A DNA stretch of 64,000 nucleotides from Lytechinus variegatus (taxonomy: Eukaryota): contig NC_054742.1 of NCBI RefSeq assembly GCF_018143015.1, forward strand, positions 16,054,441-16,118,440, read 5' to 3'. This document shows, piece after piece, positions 49,191-62,199 of the stretch. A program made the translations under genes and the position numbers. Positions within the stretch are counted from its first letter, which is position 1. Each line of letters opens with the position of its first letter. Under the pieces are notes generated by a model. It searched no databases, had not been told where the DNA came from, and was given only the letters and a program-made list of their open reading frames with translations.

Positions 49191-50070
49191 AGAGGTATTA
49201 TGTCCTTCCAATAGTCAATCACATAAGTGGTCAAAACCAAGTCGACGAGCATGGGTGTCAATTTGTGTTTATGGTTGGGGGGATTGTTCTCTGTTAGGGA
49301 TTTCTTTCATTTAGTTTGAAGGGGATGGGGTCAGTATTATTATGGTTATAATATTTGTTAGGGTGTCAGACATGGCATATGAGGCAAAATATATAAATTA
49401 AGAAAAGCTGCGAGCGATAAAAAAAAAGTTTGGTACAAATTTAATATTGTGATAGATTTTGATATGATATTTTAAGATATATATCTTATGTTATTCTATT
49501 TCATTCTAGATTTTTTTTATTTTCTCCATGCATCTCTATACAGTTTCCGAAAGAAATACTTTCATGCAACAGCAATATATGTAAGAAACTTATGAACAAA
49601 ACGATATCAATAGCGATTATGTGTAAATAAGATTACCATCACTAACACCTTGATAATCATCTTGATAATGATCATAATTATTACTGATTTTATGATTATA
49701 ATAATAATAATAATACACTCTAAAAAAAATTGGGTAAAAATTCTCCATGAGGGTAATTATGTGTCCAACCAACATTGGACATTACTTTGGGGCATTTTTA
49801 TTTATCCAGTGCAAAATGTTGCCCATTCTAAAGTAATTGCTGCTTATTTGTTAACCTTACTGGACAGTATACTTCTCGCATGGGTAAAATACAGCGCTCC
49901 CCTACAAACCCCCCCCCCCCCACAGTGGGCCCTGTTATTATTACCTCGGCTTTAGCTGGGCTGCCTGGCGCTAAAGCATTCAGGGAATTAATCCTCCCGT
50001 ATACCCATTCACCTCACCTGGGTCTAGTGCAGCACAGTGTAGATAAATTTCTTGCATGCTGAAGGAAAAA

Positions 50071-50148
50071 ACGCCACAGTTAGGATTCGAACCTACAACC
50101 CTCAGTTTTAAAGGCAAGAGTCAGAACCAATAGACCACGATGCGCCCA
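50071..50148 (-). pseudogene. tRNA-like fragment or tRNA-derived repeat. It has a canonical T-arm GGTTCGAATCC and a 3' trailing T6 terminator but no foldable acceptor or D-arm.
   Basis: Minus-strand GGGCGCATCGTGGTCTATTGGTTCTGACTCTTGCCTTTAAAACTGAGGGTTGTAGGTTCGAATCCTAACTGTGGCGTTTTTT. The anticodon region resembles tRNA-Lys(UUU) (..TTTTAATCTGAGGGT..). The 5' acceptor strand does not pair with the 3' end. Confidence 0.35.
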
Positions 50149-50950
50149 CTTTCTAGCATATCAACCCGCTTTGACCATTCTGACCAAGGAATTCCCGGAT
50201 CTGATTATGGAAATCTCCATGACCTATCAAGGCTCATAAGCACAAGCATTTTCAGAGAGCATAACAGTATTTGGCAGATCATTTCATGTTTGATAACGGA
50301 AGATGCTCAATGATTGAGACAACGGGACATGTCTGTTTCGTGCATTATTCCAACAATACTGCATTTTTGTTTTCATTATTTTATTAGTTGATAAGCTACT
50401 GATGTCAAGTTATTTTAATGTAACTTTTTAAAAGAAAAAAGACAATTTTTTTCTCTGGTAATTTTTTTTGCAAAGGGAGAATCCTTGTGGATTCCCCTTT
50501 ATTTTTCAGCTTATTTCACTCATCCATCATTCACATTTTCTTTCAAGTTGGTGCACTGATTCCCCTTATCAATCATCAAACTTATTTCGTTTTAATGTTT
50601 CTTGTCCTTCTGAACATGTCCAAGTTAATGATTTGATGAGCCTGGACATGATTAGAGAAAATGACACCGAAATAACCCTACTCAGATGGTGGTAGATCTG
50701 GGGCCGCGGAACGTTTTCAAAGTGGGGGGGGGGCTGACCATGCTAAAATCACAATCATATGGTCATTTTTACGTTTTTGTACACGGTTTTGGAAATAAGT
50801 GGGGGGGCTGAAGCCCCCCCCCCCACCCGGTTCCGCGGCCCCTGAGGTAAAAGCCTTGGGTAAAAGTAGGACTACGAAGCAGATAATACACAAAACATGC
50901 ACGTTATTTCGAACAAAGTTAACAATCTTATCGGCCTGTAAGAGCGCTTC

Positions 50951-51230
50951 ATGACTGGGCATGGTGGCTCAGTGGTAGAGCGTGGCAGAGCGTCCGCCGG
51001 CATGAACGGGAGGTCGTGGACTCGTGGGTTCGATCCTTGGTCGAGTCATACCAAGACTTATAAAAATTGGGACCTTCTGCCTTCTTGCTAGGCGCTCAGC
51101 ATTTAGATTGAAGAAGGGTAATAACAACATTATGTCATGCAGGGCCCGCTGGTAGACAGTTTCCTAACTGAAGTGGCTACCCGGAAAACGTTATTAGTAT
51201 TATCATGACGAGATCATTGGAAAAAGCAAA
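50951..51230 (+). mobile_element. Second, diverged copy of the tRNA-derived SINE (GGCTCAGTGGTAGAGCG...GGGAGGTCGTGGACTCGTGGGTTCGATCC). Its 3' end abuts or is interrupted by the DNA element at 51237.
   Basis: It shares head motifs with the 44362-44625 copy (GTAGAGCGTCCG, GGGAGGTCG, GGTTCRA). Confidence 0.6.
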
Positions 51231-51236
51231 CGATAC

Positions 51237-53019
51237 CATAGGCGGATCCAGCTTTTGGCGAAGGGGGGGGGGGGCACTGCCGAGCGGCGCACATATTTTT
51301 GCACTTCACCGGCGCCATAAAAGAAAATGTTGAAAAAGAAAAGGGGTAATGCCTGACCCTGTCAAAACACGCACGCACACACACACACACACATGCATAT
51401 ATATATATATATGACTCATATCATATAGATATACATGACTCATGAGATAGAGACACATATTTCACCGACAAATTAATGCGAGCGCGAAGCGCGAGCTGAA
51501 ATTTTTAAAGTATACTGACCTGAAAACAGGAAAAAGGTGCCTGTTTAGGACTGTTTGTAGTAACTCATGAGGAGGATACATATCTCGCTACACAGATAAT
51601 GCGAGTGCCGAGGGCGAGCTGAAATTTACTTATATTCTGACCAGAAAGCTTGATATTCTAAGCATTCTTGGTACCAATGATTAAGACGGGTATCTAAAAG
51701 AAATGCGAGCGCGAAGCGCGAGCTTAAAATTTTGATATTTCGATCTGAAAACATTACAGTTTAATGTACGTTTTAATAAAGAACAAGATTATATCCAACA
51801 AAAGATTATTGCAAATCGAAGCGGGTGTTCTTTTGAGGTTCAGAACTAAAAACGGGACATTCTATTCACCTATTTAATCATGAAAAGTATGGGGTTTTGC
51901 TACAGAAATGAGGCGAGTGCGAAGCGCGAGCTGAAAATTTTTATGTTCCAATCTGATAATTTGAGCACGATTTTTAATAAAGAACGAGTTGTGTAGCTCA
52001 ATCTCGTTTGCTGATTTCTATGTAACATTACCATCTTATTGTTTTTGCACATGCGGAATTATTGGGGGAGGGCAAAACGATCATTCTTGACCGCGGCGCC
52101 GATCTAGATTTGTTTAGCAATAGGCCCTTCTTCATTATTCTACCAGCGCTTATTTATTGAAATCAGGCGACGCTGATCATTCTTGACCGGCGCCGATTTC
52201 AATTTAGGTGGCGCCGGTTAAGACAAAGGCAGCGCCGATTTGTCTTGACCGGCGCCGATTTAAACAAGTAGTACTGATTATTTTTACCGACGTTACGTAA
52301 GATTCAGGCAGCGGCAATCCATAATCGACTGGCGCCGATCTAGAACCAGGAGGCGCCGATTATTCTTGACTGGCGCCGATTTTTAACCAGGTGGTACTGA
52401 TTATTCTTGACCAGCCCCGATTTAGATATAGGTAGCGCTGATTATCCTTGATCGGCGCCGGTTAAGAACTCAGGCAGCGCCGATTTTTCTTTACCGGCGC
52501 CGATTTATAACCAGATGACGCCGATTGTTCTTGTCCAGCGTCGATTTAGGTTTAGGTGGCGCTAATTATCCTTGATCGGCGCCGGTTAAGACTCTGGCAG
52601 TGCCGATTTTTCTTGACTGGCGCCGATTTATAACTAAATAGCGCTGATTATTCTTGTCCGGCGTCGATTTAGATTAAGGTGGCGCTGATTATTCTTGATT
52701 GGCGCCAGTTATATGCAGGCAGCGCACTGCTACCGGCGAAGTTGTTGGGAAAAGGGTAGTTAAAAGAAAAAATAAGGAAGATGATGATTACGCTTTGCTG
52801 GGGATAGTCTTTCCTTTACTGTTGCTAATGTTATATCAGTGTATAATTTTTTTTAAGCAGCGCCTTTTCCCTCTCTTTCCTTTATTTTTAATTTTTCAAG
52901 CGGCGCCTTTTCTTTCTTTTACTTTTTTTTATTTTCTTTATTTTGAGCGGCGCCTTCGGCGCCGCTCAAATATTAGGGGGGGCGCGCGCACCCTGCGCAC
53001 CCCCCTGGATCCGCCGATG
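51237..53019. mobile_element. TIR-bounded non-autonomous DNA element (~1.78 kb). The TIRs are CATAGGCGGATCCAGC...GCTGGATCCGCCGATG followed by G-runs, with an apparent 5-bp TSD GATAC. It carries two internal satellite arrays. The GCGAGCGCGAAGCGCGAGC minisatellite lies at 51470-51960. A ~30-bp-unit GGCGCCGATTTTTCTTGACC minisatellite with a ~120-bp higher-order repeat lies at 52060-52740.
   Basis: TIRs are visible at both ends (51237-51290 and 52960-53019 reverse complement). GATAC flanks sit at 51232-51236 and 53020-53024. Related heads lie at 15781 and 20861. Confidence 0.7.
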
Positions 53020-56000
53020 GATACAAAGAAAATGATCTTGGTAGAGCTAACATGTCCGGTTCGAGACTAATGTTCTGTTGAATACGCACTGTCTTGAAAG
53101 AAAGTGCGAACGATACAAAGGTTTGTTATCGGATCTTAATGAAACCATCTTTTGAAGCTGTCGAGAGAGGTCATCCAATGAGAATAAAGCAAGACTTAAG
53201 GGACAAGTCCAACCCAGCAAAAAGTTTATTTCAATAACAGGAGAAAAATCCAACAAGCATAATACTGAAATTTTCTTCAAAATCTGATGTAAAATAAGAG
53301 AGTTATGGGTTTTTAAAGTTTCGCGTATATAATTTCACAAAACAGTTATACGTATGCACATTATGGTCGGTATGCAAATGAGGAAACTGATGACGTCACC
53401 CACTCACTATTTATTTTGTATTATTCTACTATATGAAATATTCTGATTTTCTCCCCCTTGCCATGTTAAATCGAGTTTTATTCCTCGTTGAACATATGGA
53501 CTTAACATGATTGTTTAACATGATAATAACATTATGTGGTTGAGTCAAGTTTTACATTGTCAATTCTAAATAAAAATGAAATATTTCATAACTCAAAAAA
53601 TAAAAAAAAACAAAAGAAAAAAGTGAGTAATGGACATCATCGACTCTCTCATTTGCATATCACTGAGTTGTGCATAAGTTTTGAGAAAAATAAGCGAAAC
53701 TTTGAAAAGTCAAAACTTTCTTATACTACATCCGATTTTGATGAAACTTTCAGCATTATGCTTGTTAGATTTTTCTCTATCGATTCAAATCAACATTTTC
53801 AGGGGTGGACTTGACCTTTAAGTCAGTGATTCGGATGTGAATTGTGACATTAGACCAAGGAATTTGACATATGTCTAGAAAAATAATTATGCCCTTGCTT
53901 TTATCATCTTGCTTTATTTTATTTTTTTAAAGTAGGGCCAACATTGCAATAAAGCACAAAATCTGAAGTTATAATTCTTTTTTCCCCAATATTCAATATT
54001 TTGCTTTAAAAACCAATATCCACACTACGTTCCACATTATATTTTTGTTTGAGTCTCTTTCCTGCCTTCCTGTAATGTATAATACTACCTTATTACATAT
54101 AATTTTGTTACCATAACGGACGTACTGAATGCTTGCTGTACTTGGCCTCTGCTCATGTAAGCAAGTTAATTTAAATTCTTTTATAACGTTAATGCAAATT
54201 TACCTTTTCAATCTTATTGTGTGATTGCCTTCTTTTGTTGTCAATGTCTTTGTAACGTCACTGTTTATGTACATTTCAACCTGCCATGAACCAGTATAGG
54301 TTCATGGACCTAGTTTTGTTTGTAACTTTTACAAGGTTTTACTTTGTTCATTTTGTAAACTACTTTTTTTCGAAATGAAGAAATGATTGCAATTAAGTTT
54401 ATATTAGTAAATAATGTTTTATACAAAAAGCGCACCGTAATAGTAAACATTGCACTAAGTCAATTTTGATTTGAGCATAGTCTATTTGATCCATTTTGAT
54501 CCATCTTCAATTCTTATTGAAAAATTAATCCACTGATGGTCAGCTGAGACCCCTCCCCCCCCCCCCCCCCCCTCCTTCAAATAAATATCATGTGTGCTTA
54601 TCCGCTATGAAATATCGACATCTGTGAAAAAAATTGATTAGAGCAAGACTTGCATGCATGCATTTTCAACACTCTATGAATGAAAACAGTGGTTGAATTT
54701 GCGGATTATAAAGATAGGTTGAGAATTGTTTCATCTTATGTGTTAGTGCTCAGGAAAACTGTGATGTTGTAACCCCGAGCGGGCCCAGACAAATTTGAAC
54801 TTTGAATCAATAATGATGATAAATCAAGTGTATCTTTGCACATTTGGCCGCCCATATAGTTTAACCATAATGATTCAAGTTATACTGGAGTTCAATATCT
54901 GGTACATTGTGTTAAATCAATCAAAAGCTCGCACTCTGCCAACCAGATGCACATACAGCGTGTCTCACAAAAAAGTGTTAATGACATTTTAGATGTGTGA
55001 AATGTGAAAGTTACCAAATCATATTGTACATAATTTTATAATCGAAAAACTAGCATTTGTTTCATAATTATAAACTGGCATAAATTTCATGCGATATGGT
55101 CCATAGAACACAAAGATAATATGAGCGTTCTTTCAGCACTGATCACCTCTCAATCAAAGTTTCGATATTACGTACTCCAATTATGTTCTCATTCACTCTA
55201 ACTTACTTTATTTCCTTTTTGAGAGTAATTTATGCTCACATCTTGCGGGTGCATGCTTACATTATTTACTTTCAGAATAAAGGCTTAAGAAAATTGGCAT
55301 CTTTAATCAAACATATTTCATGATCTCACATTTATAGCGTGTTTTTTTTTTTTTGGTTAGCACACGCGTTTGCATTTTTTTACATTCATTTTTTTTATAA
55401 GCATTTAAATGATGAAAGATTCTTTTTCTGTACTCATTTACTGATTTGCCCGTCAATGCGCAGGCATGTGGAGGAAAGCTCGACGGACAATTTTAACATG
55501 ACTATAATTATATACTACTTTTTAATACAAATCCTGGATGGAGAGGTTTCGTGACGTGCAATGAAAAAATGCTCATATCTTTGTGATTAATGGACCATAA
55601 TACATAAATTTTCATCCAGTTGTAGAAAATAAATTGTAGTTTACGGGCGTAAAGATGTGAAGAATATTATATTGTAATTTAAATATTATACTCATCTAAA
55701 ATATCATTACCATTTTTGTGGGGCACGCTGTATGGTTTACATTGAATAGCAAAAGTCAATGCCAACGTCCACTGTATCATAATCTACAATGACATGATGT
55801 AATTTAGGCTAATCAGAGCATGCACATGTTAAGCATTCCTGATATCAGATTGTGTACGTCTATATGCTTTATCAATATAATCCAAACTTCAAGTTTTTCG
55901 ATTTTAATTGAATAAATCATAAACGTGAAAGGACCATGAAAATAATTTCCATTTATTTTCCAGACTATTTCCTCTCAGACTGTTTCATACTATAGATTAA

Positions 56001-58868
56001 CAAAATTATTCAGAAAAGAGGTTAAGGCCTAATGCATGGTTTGAATGTTAATATGGTTCATACATTCCATGTTTTTGATGGACTGGCCATGATATATCCT
56101 CTAGAAATAGAGATGTTAAACAAAATTAAGCAAGCTTAAAGTATGAAAGGGGATTCGAATTGTATTTCATATAGGCTTAAACAAATTCATGTGGTTGCTT
56201 AAAAATTGGCCACCAAAATTATAGTGTACAATATGATAACAATGCCAAAACAATTAATATTTTGAGTGATTACCGCAAGATAATATATCAGTCAAGTGGA
56301 AATCAATTACAGGTTTAACATAAAATCAGAATTATATTTGACACTCCATGAATGAACGAGAAAATCCACTTAAAACCACGATGACTGAATTGGATTAGCC
56401 ACAGCCGCATTGGCAAGAAAAACTGAATCATCACTGATACTTGCTCTTATCGATAATTCTGGGTAATTACATATTCATATATTCATGTTCTGAATGCTTA
56501 CGTCAATATTCCTAATTTTGATGGTATAACTGCAAAAAAAATCATATAACATGACAAATAATATTAGATAGCTTCCTTTAATTTACACTGTGATTTTTAG
56601 TTTAAACGTAAACAAAAGAATGATAACTTACCTTTCATAGGATCAACAGTACGACGGGTACATATTTATTCATGAAGTTTATATATCACACGCAATTTCC
56701 AAACTTGTATAATCCAACCGTCGAGTAAATTCTTAACTGATGCCACGACACAAACACTAACCCAGTTGAGAGTGACAAGTGCAAACGACAATCTGTCATG
56801 TAAATTTATTGTAGCCTTATAGCCATCTCAATCTCCAGGAAGTCAGTTTACACGATGTGTATATCCGCACGTGATACCGGTGATCAGTTAAGCATTAATT
56901 AGCACATACACCTGAATCCTGATTTGCTACCGTATTAAAAAACATCAAAAGTGCAACTTTTCCATCAATTATATTACGCTTAATTGCCAATAAACAACAC
57001 ATTTATGTCAATAAGAATTTCTGCTCATATATTTGGAGCTCATTATTTTCATGCAAAGAGTTCCAGTCACGTTGTAGACCAACTTGAATTTAATGTTGAA
57101 ATATTTGTTCAGTTTTTTTTTTTGGGGGGGGGGTGGGTTGGGGTGTTGTTTTTGCACGAGAGTATTTTCCCTTTCGACTTTTACGTGCTATATTGATTCT
57201 GATCAACATAAATGCGTTTGCACTGATGCATTTCGTATTGTATTAGCATGAGCTTAATACCTACAATCGTGTACCCTAATCTGAAACACCACAATAGAAT
57301 TGAGGACACCCTCGATCGAACCACGGACTGTCCATGGTGTGTGTGTGTGTACACGTTAATTTCTTATTGTTTTTACAATATTCAAATCATTTTCACCATT
57401 CCCTCACCACACGAAAGTGATATTTTGTTAGAATGCATTAAAAAAGGACTTAAACTGTTGTTGGACAATGTGGGCAATTAATTTGGCGGGAAGTAGGAAT
57501 ATCCCGTCCTGGCCTGATGGCTATAGAGATATCGAAAGTCATTTAAGCACAAAACACGTCACGCAGAATTGCAATTTCTTTATAGACCTACCAGCATATT
57601 GGCATTAATCATATCGATTTAACAATGCACGCAGAAAACAACCTTGACATACCTTGCTTGGATTTCATGCGGTGTTTTTATGAAATTTTCCAGACATTTA
57701 ATACTTTGTATGGCGCTATGATAAAGTTCAGTCGGGTTTGGGGTAATCATATGCCTACGTAGGTCCATGAAGTAATGGAGTTATATGTCTACATGTCATG
57801 GTTCAATGGCATGCTTTTGGCGCTGGTCGAAACAACAGCCTTATCAATTTCAACACCGGCAATAGCAATAGATTCTTCTGACAAATCGTTCAGCAGAACC
57901 TATAATTTTGCATATTGTATTACATTGCCATGCATAGGCATTATGCACTTTCTTTTTCAAGGAGTTATCTGTGTTATTTAAGTAAGTCTATACATGTCTA
58001 TATGTATCTCGTCCATACTTTACGTCCTATGCCGGGTCCTATGATATATTAACAAAATTATTTTGTTGAATCAGATAATAATTAGCAGTAACGTCTCTTG
58101 GATGTATATGGATGGGGGTTATTGCAAATGAAAATATAAACAGACGTTGGCATTCACATAACTCTAAATGTTGTTAAAATCGAACATCAAATATTATGTT
58201 TTGCACTTGTATCTGTGTACTGGTTGAAATAAACTTGTTTTCCAATTCTTACAAACAGTAAGAATGGGAAAACAAGACATCGACTTAGCCAGGAATTTTC
58301 GGGGGGGGGACAAGGGACCAAAGCATTTGACCGAAGAAAAGGATATTGAAGAGGTAATTAGTACCTCTTACAACAGATTTTCCCCCAATATTTTAACATT
58401 CTGATGGAAAATTTTTAAAGGAAATATCGTGTTCACCAAGTTAATTTCGTTTTTTATATTAAACCTAGAACAGGTGATCCAGGCATTTGACAGTTCATGA
58501 ATGCGAGGATTCGTATGAACTGAGTGGGTACATTGCTATTTTTGGTTATAGAGCTTTTCAAAATCTTTCTGTATTTTTGATCGCCTTTCAACAAGGGAGA
58601 AGGCATCCCCGGTCCCCTCAGTAACGCAAGTGAAAATGACAACTCTCAATCTTGTGTTAATACGTAAAGAAGTGTGCGTGTCTGAGAGATGGGGGGGGGG
58701 GGGGATTGTGTTTCTGTTTAATTTTCACGTTTGTTTTGATTTGCATTTGTTTGTCGTTGTTGCTTGCAATGAAATGTTTTCAGGAAAATGACGGCTACTG
58801 CTTCAACGGCAACTTTTAATTTCCAACGTTCCGCCATCCCTTCCAAGAGTTTATCACATCATCCACAC

Positions 58869-59956
58869 CAGTGGCGTAACTACGGGGGGCACGTGCCCCC
58901 CAATTGGCTGACCCCCCCCCCCCAAAAAAAATATATTACTGTTCATTATAATGTTATATTATATCGTAATTATGTTCGTAATTATGTTATATTACATAAG
59001 AAACATTTTTTTTCATAACTGTACGAAACATAATTTGCTCAGGGCCTAGATTGTTCCTGGTGCTCGCAATGTCTGTTTAACGAGATATATAACCCTGTTA
59101 TACTAAATCCTCCCGTTTTCAAGTCAATATACAACATACTGCCAAATATATTTCTCGCACTTCGAGTTATTATTGTTTTATGTACAATAGTATGCTTCTT
59201 TTTCATGACTACTTAAAGTGATTGCCCCATTTTAATGTCTTAATATAAAACATTTCCTTCGCAGTAGTGGATTGGTGAAATATGTCTGCTCTCCATGAAT
59301 TCCTACAATCAGTCCTTAAAATGTCCCTTTTTTCTGATCTGAATATCAAAAATTTTCAGCTCGTGCTTCGCGCTCGCATCATATGGTAAGTGAACTACGT
59401 ATGGTCTTCGTGAATTCCTACAAACAATGCCCCTCTTCGGGTCTGAATTTCCTAAATTTTCAGCTCGCAAGATTTGATTATTGAGAAGGGTATGTTAATC
59501 ATGATTACAAGTGCATTATGTGCATGTTTAGATGTAATTCTAACAAAATCAGCAAGTGCTTATTGGCACTCGCATTAGATGAATATGGTGAGATGTGTAT
59601 ACTCTTAATGGATTCCTAAAATATAGTCCTTAAAATCTTCCTGTTTGGGGTCAATATTTACAAAAATTTCAGCTCGCGCTTCCCGCTCGCATTATTTAGT
59701 GAAACAGGTACGTATTATGATTACAAAAGATTAATTATAGTGTCCCTTTTTAGGTCTGAATATAAAAATTTTAAGCTCGCGCTTCGCGCTCGCATTATTT
59801 GATCAATGAAATACATATCCGTTTAATGGCACTGTCCTTAAAGTGACTCTATTAGGTCAGTATACCTGGCAACTGGGCACGCTTCGCGCGCTCACTAGTG
59901 ACTCAAAATTTTTGCTGGTGCCCCCCCCCCATGCCATAACCCACGGTACGCCACTG
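58869..59956. mobile_element. Full-length hAT-like non-autonomous element (1088 bp). The termini are CAGTGGCGTAACTACGGGGGGCACGTGCCCCCC...GGTGCCCCCCCCCCCATGCCATAACCCACGGTACGCCACTG, with 8-bp TSD ATCCACAC/TTCCACAC. The internal reverse-complement GCGAGCGCGAAGCGCGAGC minisatellite lies at 59340-59800.
   Basis: TIR and TSD are visible. Its internal 59801-59930 segment is homologous to 29641-29749. Confidence 0.75.
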
Positions 59957-60299
59957 TTCCACACAGATCTTGCCAAACTTGAGGTCATACTCTTTAGATT
60001 TGTGCTTTTCCCCAAGGATAATCATTCACATATTTCACATTGACAAAAATACAGAATAATGGATGTTGGCTCAATGAATGTGATTTGATTTTCTACAATT
60101 CAATGTCAGCCCTTCGATCTCTTCTTAGGCCGACCCCGACCTCACACTTGATTGACAGGACTTGCTCAAAACATTCTCCTTCACTTTCACTTGAAAGAGA
60201 TGGTCCAGGTTGGAAATATTCATATCTCATTAAAAAGAGTAAAATTCACAAAGCAAAATGCAGAAAATTTGATCAAATTCTGATAACAAATAACAAAGT

Positions 60300-61040
60300 T
60301 ATTGAATTTTGAATAATTCAACAGATACCCCCATTATGGCCAAAGTTCATTGACCTTTGAACTTGGTCATGTGACCTAAAATGCGCACAGGATGTTTAGT
60401 GATACCTGATTACTCTTATGTCCAAGATTTATGAACTAGACCAACATACTTTTAAAGTTATGATGGTAATTCAACAAATACCCCCAATTCGGCCAAAGTT
60501 CATTGACCCTAAATGACCTTTGACCTTGATCATGTGACCTGAAACTTGCACAGGATGTTCAGTGATACTTGATTACTATTATGTCCAAGTTTCATGAATC
60601 AGATAAAAAAAACTTTTAAAGTTTTGATTGTAATTCAACAGATACCCCTAAATCGGCCAAAGTTCATTGACCCTAAATGACCTTTGACCTTGGTCATGTG
60701 ACATGAAACTCATGCAGGATGTCCATATATTTTCTAAATTATGATGAAATTTCAAAAACTTAACCTCAGGTTAAGATTTTGATGTTGATTCCCCCAACAT
60801 GGTCTAAGTTAATTGACCCTAAATGACCTTTGACCTTGGTCATGTGACATGAAACTCTAATAGGGTGTTCAGTAATACTTGATTAACTTAATGGCTAAGT
60901 TTTATGAACTAGGTCCATATAATTTCTAAGTTATGATGTCATTTCAAAAACTTAACCTCAGATTAAGATTTGATGTTGACGCCGCCGCCGCCGTCGGAAA
61001 AGCGGTGCCTATAGTTTCACTCTGCCATGCAGGTGAGACA
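60300..61040. repeat. ~160-165-bp satellite of 4-5 units. Each unit carries GTTCATTGACCCTAAATGACCTTTGACCTTGGTCATGTGACCTGAAACT, a cluster of AGGTCA-type half-sites. The array ends in the conserved GACGCCGCCGCCGCCGTCGGAAAAGCGGTGCCTATAG...GCAGGTGAGACAAA terminus.
   Basis: Directly visible tandem periodicity. A homologous single unit lies at 15300-15680. Confidence 0.8.
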
Positions 61041-62064
61041 AAAAAAATTATTCTCTCTAAAGTGATAAGTATTATAATTTAATTTATATTTCCTGATTTA
61101 TTCCATACAAATATAGGTACATATACAATATTTCAAATGTAATACAGATCCTTTGTAAAGATCTTTAACACAATAATATGCCATTATAAAAGCAAATAAT
61201 GATACATTTTAGTTTTTACTCTTTGGAAATAACAGAGTATGAGATACCATTCTCACTATTCTGCAATATGTCAACACTAGTTTTGGCTGTGTGTCAAATA
61301 AAATAACCTTTACTTTTGCTTTGCTCTCATTGGTTTTATGTTCAAATTAATAATATTAAGAGCAAAACACCCAGAAATCCAGTTGCAATATAAGTTTTGA
61401 TACATCATACCTTCTGATTTATTATGTCCAGAAAGAAAAGCTGGACAAGTACCAAGAAAATAGCATTCAATGACTTGAAAGTGTATCATACCAGGATAAA
61501 TGATAAATTGATGACCACGCGGATATCAATCCACTCGCCTTGCTCATAACATAATAAACAGAAATATTTTTATATTAATAAGGCATACCCTTTCTCAGTT
61601 CATAATAGGCCTCATTGAAAACTTACAAAAATCCATCTGTAATTATCAATAAAAGACAAGATGGTATTAAGTATGTACTGCAGATTTCGAAGCAGTTATA
61701 TACCATGTAGATATAGATTCATCACATGATAAATGTTGTTTTTAACAGTTTTAGGTAAAAATTATATAAGCATTATAACGACATACCATGATATTGTTTC
61801 ATATACCCAGCTTTCTATGACAAAAACTTAAGACATCACCCAATGCTAAAAGTTAATTGTTGCAAAACTGCAATATTTCATCTCACTATAGAATTTAGAA
61901 GCAGAAAACAGATGGAATAGAACTTGTTATCACCTTTGTTAAATGTGTATCTTTGTATACAACTGGATAGAAAACTAAGTATGACAGCTAAAAAAAACAA
62001 TGTAATGGTATGTAGTACATTTGCCCTATATAACATTGGCAAAATTTGCTAATTTCTATCAGAA

Positions 62065-62079
62065 CCGTACCCCCCCCCC

Positions 62080-62117
<38 letters not shown>

Positions 62118-62150
62118 AATAAATAAATAAAAAAAAATAAAATAAAACAA
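62065..62150. repeat. C11-A40 homopolymer run followed by an (AAAT/AAATAA)n microsatellite
   Basis: Directly visible in the sequence. Confidence 0.9.
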
Positions 62151-62199
62151 ATAAATACCTAAATGTTTCATGATTGATTATTATTAATGCCTTATGTAC

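Noticed and set aside
50071-50148. Candidate functional tRNA gene (T-arm plus T6 terminator)
   Set aside because: No acceptor-stem complementarity and no foldable D-arm. It is kept only as a tRNA-like pseudogene or repeat head.
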